Assembly (NCBI GenBank): GCA_965221955.1
Contig: CBDCTA010000005.1
Span: 8,524 to 72,523, forward strand
Length of the DNA stretch: 64,000 nucleotides
Direction of reading: 5' to 3'
Origin: Gammaproteobacteria bacterium
GTDB taxonomy: Bacteria > Pseudomonadota > Gammaproteobacteria > UBA4575
Shown here one piece after another: positions 49,264 through 60,749 of this stretch. Position 1 is the first letter of the stretch; every line of letters starts with the position of its first letter. A model generated the notes under the pieces. That model saw nothing but the letters and a program-made list of their open reading frames with translations, searched no databases and was not told where the DNA came from. The position numbers and the translations under genes are program-made.

Positions 49264-49355
49264 CTTTGATGAGTTAGGGTGGTAATTGTTTATCTATACA
49301 ATGGGTTGGGCACAAGTTGGTTAATCGCGTATTATACTCAGCGCTTACAGGATAG

Positions 49356-50540
49356 ATGAATCAGATGGAAGATTTCCCCAGAATATCACGGCTTCCCCCG
49401 TACGTATTTAATATCGTAAATGAACTGAAAGCCAACGCGCGAGCGCGAGGTGAGGACATTGTCGATTTCGGTATGGGAAATCCTGATAAGCCTGCACCGA
49501 AACATATTACGGATAAATTAGTGGAAGCTGCACAGCGTGAAAACACGCATCGATATTCGTTGTCTCGCGGGATACCACGACTGCGCAAAGCGGTAGCGGA
49601 TTGGTATCAACGAAAGTTCAATGTTGAAATTGATCCCGAAAAAGAAGCCATTGTTACCATTGGATCAAAAGAAGGTTTGGCGCATTTAACTTTGGCGACT
49701 TTAGGGCCGGGTGATGCGGTATTGGTGCCTAATCCAGCCTATCCGATTCACCCCTATGGTTGTGTGATTGCGGGTGCTGACATTATATATGTACCCCTCA
49801 CTGAGGATTCTGATTTCTTTTCAGAGCTGGAGAAGGCGATCGAAGATTCTTGGCCTAAGCCAAAAATGCTGATTGTAAATTTTCCAGGTAACCCGACGAC
49901 ACAATGTGTAGATCTTGCTTTTTTAGAACGTTTGGTTGCGATCGCGAAACAGCACCAAATGTGGTTGGTGCATGATATAGCATACGGAGAGATTACCTTT
50001 GATGGCTATGAGGCACCTTCAATTCTTCAAGTGGATGGAGCAAAAGATATCGCTGTAGAATTTTACTCCTTATCGAAAACTTACAACATGCCAGGCTGGC
50101 GAGTGGGTTTTATGTGTGGCAATCCGATCTTAGTCGAGGCACTATCACGCATTAAATCCTATTTGGATTACGGTATGTTCACTCCTATCCAAGTGGCCGC
50201 TATAGAGGCGTTAAACAGTCCACAAGAAGTCATTGATGAAGTGCGCGATGTATATAGAAGAAGACGGGATGTGTTGTGTGAAGGATTGTGCAATGCAAGT
50301 TGGCAAATAGAGAAGCCGAAAGCCACAATGTTTGTTTGGGCAAAGATTCCAGATGAGTATGCGCATTTAGGCTCTTTAGAGTTTTCTAAGAAGTTGTTAG
50401 AAGAAGCAAAAGTTGCGGTTTCTCCTGGAGTAGGATTTGGTAAGTATGGCGACACACATGTGCGTTTTAGTTTGATTGAAAACGAGCATCGAACTAGACA
50501 GGCCGTGCGGAGTATTAAAAAGATGCTAAGGAAACATTAA
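49356..50540 (+). CDS. alaC: Alanine transaminase AlaC
   Basis: [49 protein letters not shown]. Confidence 0.92.
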   Translation: MNQMEDFPRISRLPPYVFNIVNELKANARARGEDIVDFGMGNPDKPAPKHITDKLVEAAQRENTHRYSLSRGIPRLRKAVADWYQRKFNVEIDPEKEAIVTIGSKEGLAHLTLATLGPGDAVLVPNPAYPIHPYGCVIAGADIIYVPLTEDSDFFSELEKAIEDSWPKPKMLIVNFPGNPTTQCVDLAFLERLVAIAKQHQMWLVHDIAYGEITFDGYEAPSILQVDGAKDIAVEFYSLSKTYNMPGWRVGFMCGNPILVEALSRIKSYLDYGMFTPIQVAAIEALNSPQEVIDEVRDVYRRRRDVLCEGLCNASWQIEKPKATMFVWAKIPDEYAHLGSLEFSKKLLEEAKVAVSPGVGFGKYGDTHVRFSLIENEHRTRQAVRSIKKMLRKH

Positions 50541-50674
50541 AGAAACACTGATTTATTCTGATATTTCATTAAAAATGATCTCAATGTCGCTCATGTATAA
50601 ATCAATACATGTCATTCACCTCGACATTTTTTTGCCTAATATCAGTCATTACGTTTATGAATATATGCTTTCTT
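50539..50674 (+). mobile_element. MITE-like repeat, family M copy B
   Basis: Starts AAAGAAACACTGATTTATTC at the alaC stop; core GCTCATGTATAAATCAATACA...TTTTTTGCCT matches copy A. Confidence 0.7.
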
Positions 50675-50711
50675 GAGAAATTGTTTAGGTGTTAATAGGT
50701 AAAATTTAAAG

Positions 50712-52031
50712 ATGTCTGCGTTAGAGCCTGTAAAAGTAGGAGTATTAGGTTTAGGTACTGTGGGTTGCGGTACTGCAAATATTTTATCGCGTAATGCAGA
50801 TGAAATTGCGCGCCGAGCAGGCCGAGGTATAGAAATTACAATTGCCAGTATGCGTGATACTAAAAAACCACGCGCATGTGATACTTCGTCGATAACCTTA
50901 ACCGAAGATTCTAATAAAGTAGTAACGGATCCTAATGTTGAAATAGTGCTTGAGTTGATCGGCGGTACAGATGAAGCGAAAGATTTAGTGCTTAAAGCTA
51001 TCGATCATGGTAAACATGTTGTCACGGCAAACAAAGCGTTGATTGCCTTGCATGGCAATGAAATCTTCCAACGCGCACAAGATAAAGGTGTAACGATTGC
51101 ATTTGAAGCTGCAGTAGCTGGTGGGATTCCCATTATTAAAGCGATCCGCGAAGGATTGTCGGGAAATGCGATTCAATGGTTGGCAGGCATTATTAATGGT
51201 ACGGGTAATTTCATTCTTACTGAAATGCGAGACAAAGGTCGCGACTTTGATGATGTATTAAAAGAAGCGCAGCAATTAGGTTATGCAGAAGCGGATCCAA
51301 CTTTTGACGTAGAAGGGATTGATGCTGCACACAAGTTAACTATCCTCGCTTCCATTGCTTTTGGTGTACCGCTTCAGTTTGAAAAAGTTTATACAGAAGG
51401 TATCACCGAGATTACTCGTGAAGATGTAGCATATGCTGCAGAACTGGGTTATCGCATCAAGCATTTAGGGATTGCTAAGCGTACTATTAATGGCTTAGAG
51501 ATGCGTGTGCACTCAACACTTATTCCACACAGAAGGCTTATCGCTAATGTTGATGGCGTGATGAATGCAATAGTGATAAAAGCAGATGCGCTGGGGCCAA
51601 GTTTGTATTACGGAGCTGGAGCAGGTGCAGAACCCACAGGTTCTGCAGTGGTTGCGGATTTAGTAGATGTTGTGCGGGCATTAACCTCTGACCCCGAAAA
51701 TCGTGTGCCCCATTTGGCATTTCAACCTGGTGCGTTGTCCGATATACCTATTTTATCTATGGATGATGTATCGACCGCATACTATTTGCGTATTCACGTA
51801 CAGGATAGGCCCGGCGTATTGGCAGATGTAACCCAAATTTTCGCTGACCATGCTATTAGCATAGAAGCTATTATCCAAAAAGAACCGCAAGCCAATATTA
51901 CAAGTGTGCCAATTGTTATTCTCACTCACGAAGTAAGAGAACAAGATATGAACCAAGCGATTGCTGAAGTTGAAAAGCTTGAAGCGGTAACGGATAAAAT
52001 TATGCGCATCCGACTGGAAACGTTGTCGTGA
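50712..52031 (+). CDS. hom: Homoserine dehydrogenase with ACT domain
   Basis: GLGTVG, VVTANKA, FEAAVAGGIP, GYAEADPTFDVEG, DRPGVLA. Confidence 0.96.
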   Translation: MSALEPVKVGVLGLGTVGCGTANILSRNADEIARRAGRGIEITIASMRDTKKPRACDTSSITLTEDSNKVVTDPNVEIVLELIGGTDEAKDLVLKAIDHGKHVVTANKALIALHGNEIFQRAQDKGVTIAFEAAVAGGIPIIKAIREGLSGNAIQWLAGIINGTGNFILTEMRDKGRDFDDVLKEAQQLGYAEADPTFDVEGIDAAHKLTILASIAFGVPLQFEKVYTEGITEITREDVAYAAELGYRIKHLGIAKRTINGLEMRVHSTLIPHRRLIANVDGVMNAIVIKADALGPSLYYGAGAGAEPTGSAVVADLVDVVRALTSDPENRVPHLAFQPGALSDIPILSMDDVSTAYYLRIHVQDRPGVLADVTQIFADHAISIEAIIQKEPQANITSVPIVILTHEVREQDMNQAIAEVEKLEAVTDKIMRIRLETLS

Positions 52032-52075
52032 TAGATTAGCGTATTCTTTGTATTTAAATATAAGTCATTAAATTT

Positions 52076-53212
52076 ATGAAACCTAAACACTATACCGGTC
52101 TAATCGACCGATACCGCTCGGTATTACCATTGGCTCCTGATTGTAGAGTTATTAGCTTATGTGAAGGGGATACACCTTTAATCGAATGTCACAATATTCA
52201 ACAAGCCAATGAAAGAAATATAAAATTATTTCTTAAATTTGAAGGGTTAAATCCTACCGGCTCATTTAAAGATCGTGGGATGACGGTCGCTGTAACTCAA
52301 GCGGTTTCTGAGGGTAGTCAAGCAATTATTTGTGCTTCAACAGGAAATACTTCAGCGTCAGCAGCAGCGTATGCGGCACGTGCAGGGATAAAAGCTTTTG
52401 TACTTATACCAGATGGCAAAATTGCCATGGGTAAACTCGCGCAAGCGATGATGCATGGTGCAACCATTTTACAGATTCGCGGCAACTTCGACGATGGAAT
52501 GCGCTTAGTCAAAGAAGTTGCCAGTGAAGCCCCAGTTAATATCGTAAATTCAATTAATCCATATCGCTTACAAGGGCAGAAGACTGCATCGTACGAAATA
52601 GTTGAAGCATTAGGGCGTGCACCAGATTTTCATTGTATACCTGTAGGAAATGCTGGAAATATTTCTGCGCATTGGACAGGTTATTCAGAACTTGCGGCAA
52701 CTTCAGGCAAAGAGGTTACAAAGGCGTGTGGGTTTTGTAATGGTGATTGTCAGTTTGTAAACGAGCCTGTTATAGCTCTACGACCAAAAATGTTGGGTTA
52801 TCAAGCGGCTGGCGCAGCACCCTTTATTAAAGGCGTGATGATTGATGAGCCGGATACAGTTGCTACTGCGATTCGTATTGGTCATCCTCAAAGTTGGGAT
52901 TATGCACATGCTGCAGTGAATGAGTCTGGTGGTTGGTTTAATTCTTTTGCAGACGGAGAAATTTTAGCTACACAGAAATTACTGGCTTCTGCTGAAGGTG
53001 TTTTTTGTGAACCAGCTTCTGCAACTTCTATGACAGGAGCTTTGCATGATATTGAAGCGGGTAACATTCCAGAAGGCAGTACAGTAGTTTGTACTCTAAC
53101 TGGTCATGGTCTGAAAGATCCTGATATCGCAATTAAGCAGAGTAATACTGAAATGCTTACCATTGATGCAGAACTGGATTCTGTCAAGCGTGCAATATTA
53201 GATAATATATAG
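52076..53212 (+). CDS. thrC: Threonine synthase (short type)
   Basis: KFEGLNPTGSFKDRGM, CASTGNTSAS, PVGNAGNI, TLTGHGLKDP. Confidence 0.95.
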   Translation: MKPKHYTGLIDRYRSVLPLAPDCRVISLCEGDTPLIECHNIQQANERNIKLFLKFEGLNPTGSFKDRGMTVAVTQAVSEGSQAIICASTGNTSASAAAYAARAGIKAFVLIPDGKIAMGKLAQAMMHGATILQIRGNFDDGMRLVKEVASEAPVNIVNSINPYRLQGQKTASYEIVEALGRAPDFHCIPVGNAGNISAHWTGYSELAATSGKEVTKACGFCNGDCQFVNEPVIALRPKMLGYQAAGAAPFIKGVMIDEPDTVATAIRIGHPQSWDYAHAAVNESGGWFNSFADGEILATQKLLASAEGVFCEPASATSMTGALHDIEAGNIPEGSTVVCTLTGHGLKDPDIAIKQSNTEMLTIDAELDSVKRAILDNI

Positions 53213-53240
53213 TTTTCTTTTTAAGTGTTGGGAGCCCTGT

Positions 53241-54161
53241 GTGATTAAAAAATTATTAATCAAAAAATATTGGCAATTTTTCATTCTTGCCATATTTCTG
53301 CCTATATTAAGTACTACTGCGTCTGCAGAAGCAATTCAAAAGCCTTTCTTATGGGAAATTAAAGGCGATAGGGCAACTTCTTATTTGTTTGGCACGATCC
53401 ACTTACCTGACGAACGAGTGACGACATTACATCCCAGTGTGGAAGAAGCTTTTAAAGCTAGCGAGTATGTTTATACAGAAATTCCATTAGATACTAGCGA
53501 TTTGCTCTCACAAACAAATTATTTAATGTTAAGTGGGGACCAAACATTGGCTGACATTGTAGAGACTGATTTGTTAGAGCGGATAAATAATATTGTTAAA
53601 GAAATAAATCCAATTCTAACTATTGACCCGTTCATAAAATTTAAAGCGTGGGCATTGGCAACGAGTTTGCCATTGTTAGAACAACAATTGATGAACCCAG
53701 GAATATTGCCACTCGATGCGCAGTTATATCAACGTGCAGGCAATGAAGGTAAAGGCACTGGTGGACTAGAGACCATGCAAGAGCAGCTCAGTTATTTTGA
53801 TAATTTAACACGAGATGAAGAACTTAAAATGTTGCGTGATACTGTTGAATTTATGGAGCAAGCCGGTACACAAGAAAAAAATATTGCAGAAGAATTTATT
53901 CAATACTACATGCAGGGCGACGTAGATGCATTTGGCGATTTAATGGTGAAATATGTGAAAGAAGATGAATTTTCAAAAGATTTTATGAAGAAAATTTTAC
54001 ATGACCGTAACATTATTATGGCAGATCGCATTCAAGCAAAACTAAAGAAAAACCCTTCACGAAGTTACTTTTTTGCGATAGGTGCAGGACACTTTTGGGG
54101 ATCAACAGGTATACAAAACCTTCTTATAGAAAAAGAACTTAAAATAAATCGAGTTAAATAA
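53241..54161 (+). CDS. TraB/GumN family protein
   Basis: LWEIK...SYLFGTIH, GLETMQEQ, RNIIMA, FFAIGAGH. Confidence 0.88.
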   Translation: MIKKLLIKKYWQFFILAIFLPILSTTASAEAIQKPFLWEIKGDRATSYLFGTIHLPDERVTTLHPSVEEAFKASEYVYTEIPLDTSDLLSQTNYLMLSGDQTLADIVETDLLERINNIVKEINPILTIDPFIKFKAWALATSLPLLEQQLMNPGILPLDAQLYQRAGNEGKGTGGLETMQEQLSYFDNLTRDEELKMLRDTVEFMEQAGTQEKNIAEEFIQYYMQGDVDAFGDLMVKYVKEDEFSKDFMKKILHDRNIIMADRIQAKLKKNPSRSYFFAIGAGHFWGSTGIQNLLIEKELKINRVK

Positions 54162-54165
54162 ATAC

Positions 54166-54894
54166 TTAAATCATCCATTCTGCCGGATTTAACGAATCAT
54201 CTTGTTCCCATCTAAAGTTTTCAGGTGTAGACTTGCAAAGAGGAGACATTGATTCAATATATTTTAATCTGCTGATGGATTCAGCTCCAAGACTTGCTAA
54301 ATGCGCGGAGGGTAATTGGCAATCTAATAATGGAAACCCCCAGTGATGCATGTGCATGGCTAAATAAGCGAGGGCTACTTTAGAGGCGTTGGTTTGAAAG
54401 CTGAACATCGATTCTCCGTAAAACATTTTGCCAATCATCACGCCATAAATACCTCCAATCAAGCGTTCTTGTTGATCCCATAATTCAATTGAGTGTGCAT
54501 GCCCTACTTGATATAAATGGCAATAGGCCTCTGTCATTTCGTTAGTGATCCAAGTGCCGCGTGCATAACTTCTAGGTGCAGCACATGCCATCACTGTTTT
54601 TTTAAAATCACCATCAAAGGTGACTGTCCAATTATGTTTACGCAGCGTTCTTCTAAGACTAGAGGATATTTTAAAATTTTTGGTAAATAACACTCCACGC
54701 GGGTTAGGGGACCACCATAAAATAGGCTGCCCGTCTTCATACCAAGGAAAAATGCCATTGCGATAAGCGTTTAATAATCTGGTTTCACTAAGGTCTCCGC
54801 CTGCGGCTAGCAAGCCTTCAGGGTTAATCAGCGCACTTTCAATGTCTGGGAAAGTAGCAGTTGGGTCACTTGGGTCTAACCAGGTAATATCCAT
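54166..54894 (-). CDS. aat: Leucyl/phenylalanyl-tRNA--protein transferase
   Basis: GLLAAGGDL, GIFPWY, WWSPNPR, GESMFS...NASKVAL. Confidence 0.95.
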   Translation of the reverse strand: MDITWLDPSDPTATFPDIESALINPEGLLAAGGDLSETRLLNAYRNGIFPWYEDGQPILWWSPNPRGVLFTKNFKISSSLRRTLRKHNWTVTFDGDFKKTVMACAAPRSYARGTWITNEMTEAYCHLYQVGHAHSIELWDQQERLIGGIYGVMIGKMFYGESMFSFQTNASKVALAYLAMHMHHWGFPLLDCQLPSAHLASLGAESISRLKYIESMSPLCKSTPENFRWEQDDSLNPAEWMI

Positions 54895-54920
54895 ATAGGT
54901 GTGCGAATACTCTTTTATAA

Positions 54921-56105
54921 TTAAGATCGGTATGGTGAGAGTTTCATTAGCTCATCATAATCCTGCTGCATGTAATGTTGCTCGCGCTGACAAAAATCTC
55001 GAATTGATGGTTCAAAACGTACATCATGAATAGCATGCGAAGACCATGTTTTTTTAGGTAAAAAACCACGACTGATTTTATGTTCGCCCTGAGCCCCCGG
55101 CTCAAAAACTTGTAGTTTATTTTCAATTGCGTGTTCAATACCTTGGTAATAACAAGCCTCAAAATGCAAACTATGAAAAGATTGACTGCAGCCCCAGAAA
55201 CGTCCGTATAGTTTTTTTGTACTGCAAAAGTTAATCGCACATGCAATGAGTTGGTTTTTGCTATAAGCGAGCACCAACATTATTTGTTCACCTAAAGTCT
55301 GTCCAACTTCTATAAAGAACTCCAAACTTAACGTAGGTATGCCGCTTTTTCGATAAAATGTGCTTTCATAAAAAGCATGGATTTGTTGCCATTGCGATTC
55401 ATTTAATTCTTTTCCATACAAACGTTTTATTTCGATATTTTGTTCGTATACATATCTACGTTCTTGCTTAACTTTTTTTCGTTTTCTAGATACAAAGCTT
55501 TCTAAAAATTGATCAAAAGATTCATAGTTATGATTATTCCAATGAAATTGATAGCCCATGCGAAATATTAAATTTTGATTTTCAAAGTAATCGCACTCTT
55601 CTGGTTGATTAAATAACCAATGACAGCCAGACATTTTAAGTTTTTGAGATTCTTCAATAGTTTTTGAGATCATCGCATCAGCAAGACTGGATTTTTGCTG
55701 TTGTGGCAATAATGAAGAGAATAATAAGCGTTTTCCTGTTACAGGTGTATAAGGAATAGAAGAGATGATCTTAGGGTAATAATTTAATCCTGTTTGTTCA
55801 TAGGCAGATGCCCAAGACCAATCAAATACGAACTCACCATAAGAGTTTGTTTTAATATAAAGAGGAGTGGCTGCAACTAATTTATTTTGGCTGTTGCGTG
55901 CAATTAAGTGATGAGGGTACCAGCCATATTGTTTGCCTAAACAGTCGTTTTTCTCAAGCGCGGATAAAAACTCATAGCATAAAAATGGGTCGTTATCTTC
56001 AATGAGTGCATTCCAATCTTTTAGCTCTATATTTTTAAGAGAGCTTATAAAACTAAATGAAAAGTCTGTTGCAGACGAGGCTGAACAAGTATTTTCAGTT
56101 GACAA
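54921..56105 (-). CDS. FemAB-like GNAT protein (DUF482)
   Basis: SYGEFVFDWSWA, PYTPVTG, LYGRFWG, LHFEACYYQGI, GAQGEHKISRGF. Confidence 0.9.
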   Translation of the reverse strand: MSTENTCSASSATDFSFSFISSLKNIELKDWNALIEDNDPFLCYEFLSALEKNDCLGKQYGWYPHHLIARNSQNKLVAATPLYIKTNSYGEFVFDWSWASAYEQTGLNYYPKIISSIPYTPVTGKRLLFSSLLPQQQKSSLADAMISKTIEESQKLKMSGCHWLFNQPEECDYFENQNLIFRMGYQFHWNNHNYESFDQFLESFVSRKRKKVKQERRYVYEQNIEIKRLYGKELNESQWQQIHAFYESTFYRKSGIPTLSLEFFIEVGQTLGEQIMLVLAYSKNQLIACAINFCSTKKLYGRFWGCSQSFHSLHFEACYYQGIEHAIENKLQVFEPGAQGEHKISRGFLPKKTWSSHAIHDVRFEPSIRDFCQREQHYMQQDYDELMKLSPYRS

Positions 56106-56122
56106 CAGAGGCCAATACCTAG

Positions 56123-57139
<1,017 letters not shown>

Positions 57140-57327
57140 TCAGTGGTGAATAGACCGTATAACTGAATGATATATTGCAGCAGATAATAGCTGGCTTGAG
57201 AGAATTGACGATAGTAATAAATGGGTGTGAATACTAGAAAAATCAAGCCTTACAGGGAGTGGAGTAAGTATAGGTTGCTATGAGTTATAATGTTATAATT
57301 ATAAGATACATTAAAGTGCATAGATAA

Positions 57328-57347
57328 ACGTATGGTTTTCCATACGT
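57328..57347. promoter_or_regulatory. Perfect palindrome in the divergent trxB-ftsK spacer
   Basis: ACGTATGG-tttt-CCATACGT. Confidence 0.4.
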
Positions 57348-57516
57348 AAATAAGCACTACAATAACAAGACCTACCAAAGTCTGGCCCCAGACAAATTTT
57401 TGCAATGTTGATCAAATATGTAGACTATTGCAAGTTAAATTTATACTATTCAATTAGTTATAGTATATTTTTAATAATTATTTTAATCTTGTGAAGAAGA
57501 CGTTAGGAATCATAAA

Positions 57517-59853
57517 TTGAGACAGGCAACGCTTAAAAAAACAGCAGCTAGAAGAAGAAAAACTTCTTCTCCGCCACATAACTTAACCTTGCTAAGGGGC
57601 TTGCGAGAAAGCGCATTAGTGGTTTTAGTAGCCCTTGGTGCCTATTTAATGGTGGCTTTACTCAGTTATGATCCGGCCGATCCAGGTTGGACTCATACTG
57701 GTACCAACCATTTAATCAGTAATATGGGCGGCACGGTAGGTGCTTATTTTGCCGATTTGTTTTTTTTCTTATTCGGTTATCTTGCCTATCTTGCGCCACT
57801 CATGGTGGCCTACAGCGGCTGGTTGATCTATGAAGGAAAGCTCGAAAATGGCCAAATCGATTATCGTACCTTGGGAGTTCGTTGGGCGGGTTTCTTGCTA
57901 ACGCTAGGTGCAGGTTGTGGTTTAGCTACTTTACATTTTCAATCCGGATTCATGCCAAGTTTTGCGGGTGGTGTTTTTGGTGATCTTACAGGCAACGGGT
58001 TTGTATCTGTTTTTAGTTTTGTGGGTGCGACGCTATTGTTGCTTGCGTTATTTTTTGCTGGCATCACCATATTTTCTGGATTTTCATGGTTATGGTTACT
58101 TGATTTTACTGGTAAACACACCATTAGATTTAGTTCATGGGCGTGGCAATACATAAACGAGTTGCGTGAAGAATATGCCAGTAAAAAAGCCAAGGTAGAG
58201 CGTGCTGAAATTGTTAAAGAAACAAAAGTTAAAATACAAAAGCGTGCGAAACCAAGAATTGAACCGACAATAAAAGAAATTGAATTGAGTGACCGCAAAG
58301 AGCGTGAGTCACAAATTCCACTGTTTAATGCTGCATCGGCAACCGATCTGCCTCCAGTTTCCATGCTTGATAAAGTGATTGATACTTCTAAAGGTTATTC
58401 TAACGATGCCTTAGAGGCCATATCAAGACAAGTTGAGCTTAAGCTACTTGATTTTAATATTGAAGCAGAGGTTGTCGAAGTTCATCCGGGTCCGGTGATT
58501 ACAAGATTTGCGATACAACTCGCCCCAGGTATTAAGGTGAGTAAAGTGACAAACTTAGCTAAGGATTTAGCACGTGCGCTTTCTGTTTCCAGTGTGCGAA
58601 TCGTAGAGGTGATTCCTGGAAAGTCTTATGTTGGTCTTGAAATTCCAAACGAGCATCGTGAACTCGTAGTGTTAAATGATGTGATTGAGTCCGAAACGTA
58701 CGATGAAGAAGTGTCGCCTTTAACACTTGGTTTAGGTAAAGATATCAGTGGGCGTCCAGTGGTTGCGGACTTAGCTAAAATGCCGCATTTGCTTGTTGCT
58801 GGTACAACAGGTTCAGGTAAATCTGTGGCACTTAATGCGATGTTGTTAAGTATTTTATACAAAGCAACCCCGCAACAAGTCCGTATGATCTTAATTGATC
58901 CAAAAATGCTTGAACTAGCCGTATACGAAGGCATTCCACATCTGCTTTCACCCGTCGTAACCGATATGAAAGAAGCTTCAAATGCTTTGCGTTGGTGTGT
59001 AGCTGAAATGGAACGTCGTTATCATTTAATGTCTGCGCTCGGTGTACGCAGTATGGCGGGTTATAACAGCAAAGTACAAAAAGCTATAGATGAAGGTGAG
59101 CCTATACTTGACCCGCTATTTAAAAATGATCAAGTTGAAGCTTTAGAACCTGGACAAGCTGAAGAACTCACACAATTACCAAATATTGTCATCATTATTG
59201 ATGAGCTAGCTGACATGATGATGGTGGTGGGTAAAAAAGTTGAAGAACTAATTGCGCGCATTGCGCAAAAAGCGCGTGCGGCAGGTATCCATTTAATTTT
59301 AGCCACGCAACGTCCGTCAGTTGATGTAATTACTGGACTAATTAAAGCTAATATTCCTACTCGAATTGCGTTCCAAGTTTCTTCCAAAGTTGATTCGCGC
59401 ACCATTTTAGATCAAATGGGTGCAGAGCAGCTCTTAGGACATGGTGATATGTTGTATTTACCTGGTGGTACTTCCATACCTGAGCGTGTACATGGTGCAT
59501 TTGTGTCAGATGAAGAAGTTCATAAAGTAGTTGCATTCTTGAAAGAGAAAGGTGAACCGGCTTATCTAGAAGAGGTCACGCAAGATCCAATTAACGGTGG
59601 TGATGCCATACCTGGCTTGGAGCCATTGGATGCAGGGGGTAGAGATGATGATATGGATCCACTTTATGATGAGGCTGTAGCGATTGTGACCGAAACACGT
59701 AAAGCTTCTATTTCATATGTACAACGCAGATTAAAAGTCGGATATAACCGCGCTGCACGAATGATCGAAGAAATGGAAGCCAGTGGCGTTGTAAGTGGCG
59801 TGCAAGCAAATGGTACAAGGGAAGTAATCGCCCCTCCACCTGTTCCAGTCTAG
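57517..59853 (+). CDS. ftsK: DNA translocase FtsK
   Basis: N-terminal 4TM domain, PHLLVAGTTGSGKS, IIDELADMMM, gamma domain VQRRLKVGYNRAAR. Confidence 0.97.
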   Translation: MRQATLKKTAARRRKTSSPPHNLTLLRGLRESALVVLVALGAYLMVALLSYDPADPGWTHTGTNHLISNMGGTVGAYFADLFFFLFGYLAYLAPLMVAYSGWLIYEGKLENGQIDYRTLGVRWAGFLLTLGAGCGLATLHFQSGFMPSFAGGVFGDLTGNGFVSVFSFVGATLLLLALFFAGITIFSGFSWLWLLDFTGKHTIRFSSWAWQYINELREEYASKKAKVERAEIVKETKVKIQKRAKPRIEPTIKEIELSDRKERESQIPLFNAASATDLPPVSMLDKVIDTSKGYSNDALEAISRQVELKLLDFNIEAEVVEVHPGPVITRFAIQLAPGIKVSKVTNLAKDLARALSVSSVRIVEVIPGKSYVGLEIPNEHRELVVLNDVIESETYDEEVSPLTLGLGKDISGRPVVADLAKMPHLLVAGTTGSGKSVALNAMLLSILYKATPQQVRMILIDPKMLELAVYEGIPHLLSPVVTDMKEASNALRWCVAEMERRYHLMSALGVRSMAGYNSKVQKAIDEGEPILDPLFKNDQVEALEPGQAEELTQLPNIVIIIDELADMMMVVGKKVEELIARIAQKARAAGIHLILATQRPSVDVITGLIKANIPTRIAFQVSSKVDSRTILDQMGAEQLLGHGDMLYLPGGTSIPERVHGAFVSDEEVHKVVAFLKEKGEPAYLEEVTQDPINGGDAIPGLEPLDAGGRDDDMDPLYDEAVAIVTETRKASISYVQRRLKVGYNRAARMIEEMEASGVVSGVQANGTREVIAPPPVPV

Positions 59854-59966
59854 AAACTTTGATTTAACCTAATACTTAGTTAAAAAATGTACTTATGTAC
59901 ATGGAAGTACTGCATGCCAGTTTTGCAGGAGCAAAAACCTGGCCTGGAATAAATCAATGCTTCTTT
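59851..59966 (+). mobile_element. MITE-like repeat, family M copy D (family ends, different hairpin-containing interior)
   Basis: TAGAAACTTTGATTTA...AATAAATCAATGCTTCTTT ends; interior GTACATGGAAGTAC and TTTTGCAGGAGCAAAA. Confidence 0.55.
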
Positions 59967-60044
59967 TTTACTTAATTAATGAATTTTAGTGTCTAGTATT
60001 AGTCTAACTGGCATAATCCAATGAATTGGAATATGGAGTGCTGA

Positions 60045-60680
60045 ATGTTACGTTCCGTTAAAGTATTGTCTTATTTAATCTTATTAACCTTGTCGCTACC
60101 TGTTTTTAGTAGCGGAGCGATTCAACGTTTGGATGAATTTTTTTCAGAGGTAGACTCATTTGAAGGTCAATTTATACAAACTGTTTTTGATGAAAATAAT
60201 GAAGTCATGCAGGAATCTAGTGGTGATGTAGCGTTGCATAAACCTGGTCGATTTCGATGGCAATACACACAACCCTATCCACAACTGATTTTGGCAGATG
60301 GTGAATATTTATGGTTGTACGATGAAGAGTTGATGCAAGCGAGTGCTAAACCAATTGATACAGCGCTTGGCAACGCGCCTATTATGCTACTCACAAATGT
60401 GCGACCCCTTAAAGAAGATTTTGAAGTGGCAGAAGCGGGTAATAGAGAAAACCTTGAATGGATAGAGCTAACTCCATTGGTGCAAGATACAGAGTTTCAT
60501 AAAATTCAAATTGGGCTTAATCAAGAAGGTGTGAAGAAAATGGAATTACACGACCATTTTTCACAGAAAACCGTAATTGAATTTGTAAATTTACAGACTA
60601 ATGTTGCTTTTCCGCCAGAACGATTTAAATTTGTTGCGGCAGAAGGAGTAGATGTTGTTGGCTATCCTGATTCTGAGTAG
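60045..60680 (+). CDS. lolA: Outer-membrane lipoprotein carrier
   Basis: KPGRFRWQY..PYPQLILADG..LWLYDEEL; ftsK-lolA-rarA synteny. Confidence 0.93.
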   Translation: MLRSVKVLSYLILLTLSLPVFSSGAIQRLDEFFSEVDSFEGQFIQTVFDENNEVMQESSGDVALHKPGRFRWQYTQPYPQLILADGEYLWLYDEELMQASAKPIDTALGNAPIMLLTNVRPLKEDFEVAEAGNRENLEWIELTPLVQDTEFHKIQIGLNQEGVKKMELHDHFSQKTVIEFVNLQTNVAFPPERFKFVAAEGVDVVGYPDSE

Positions 60681-60749
60681 CTTAAAGCCCTGGTCATTGT
60701 AGACAAAAATATAAGATAATCTCCTAGAACTTTATTCTAGGATTCAATC

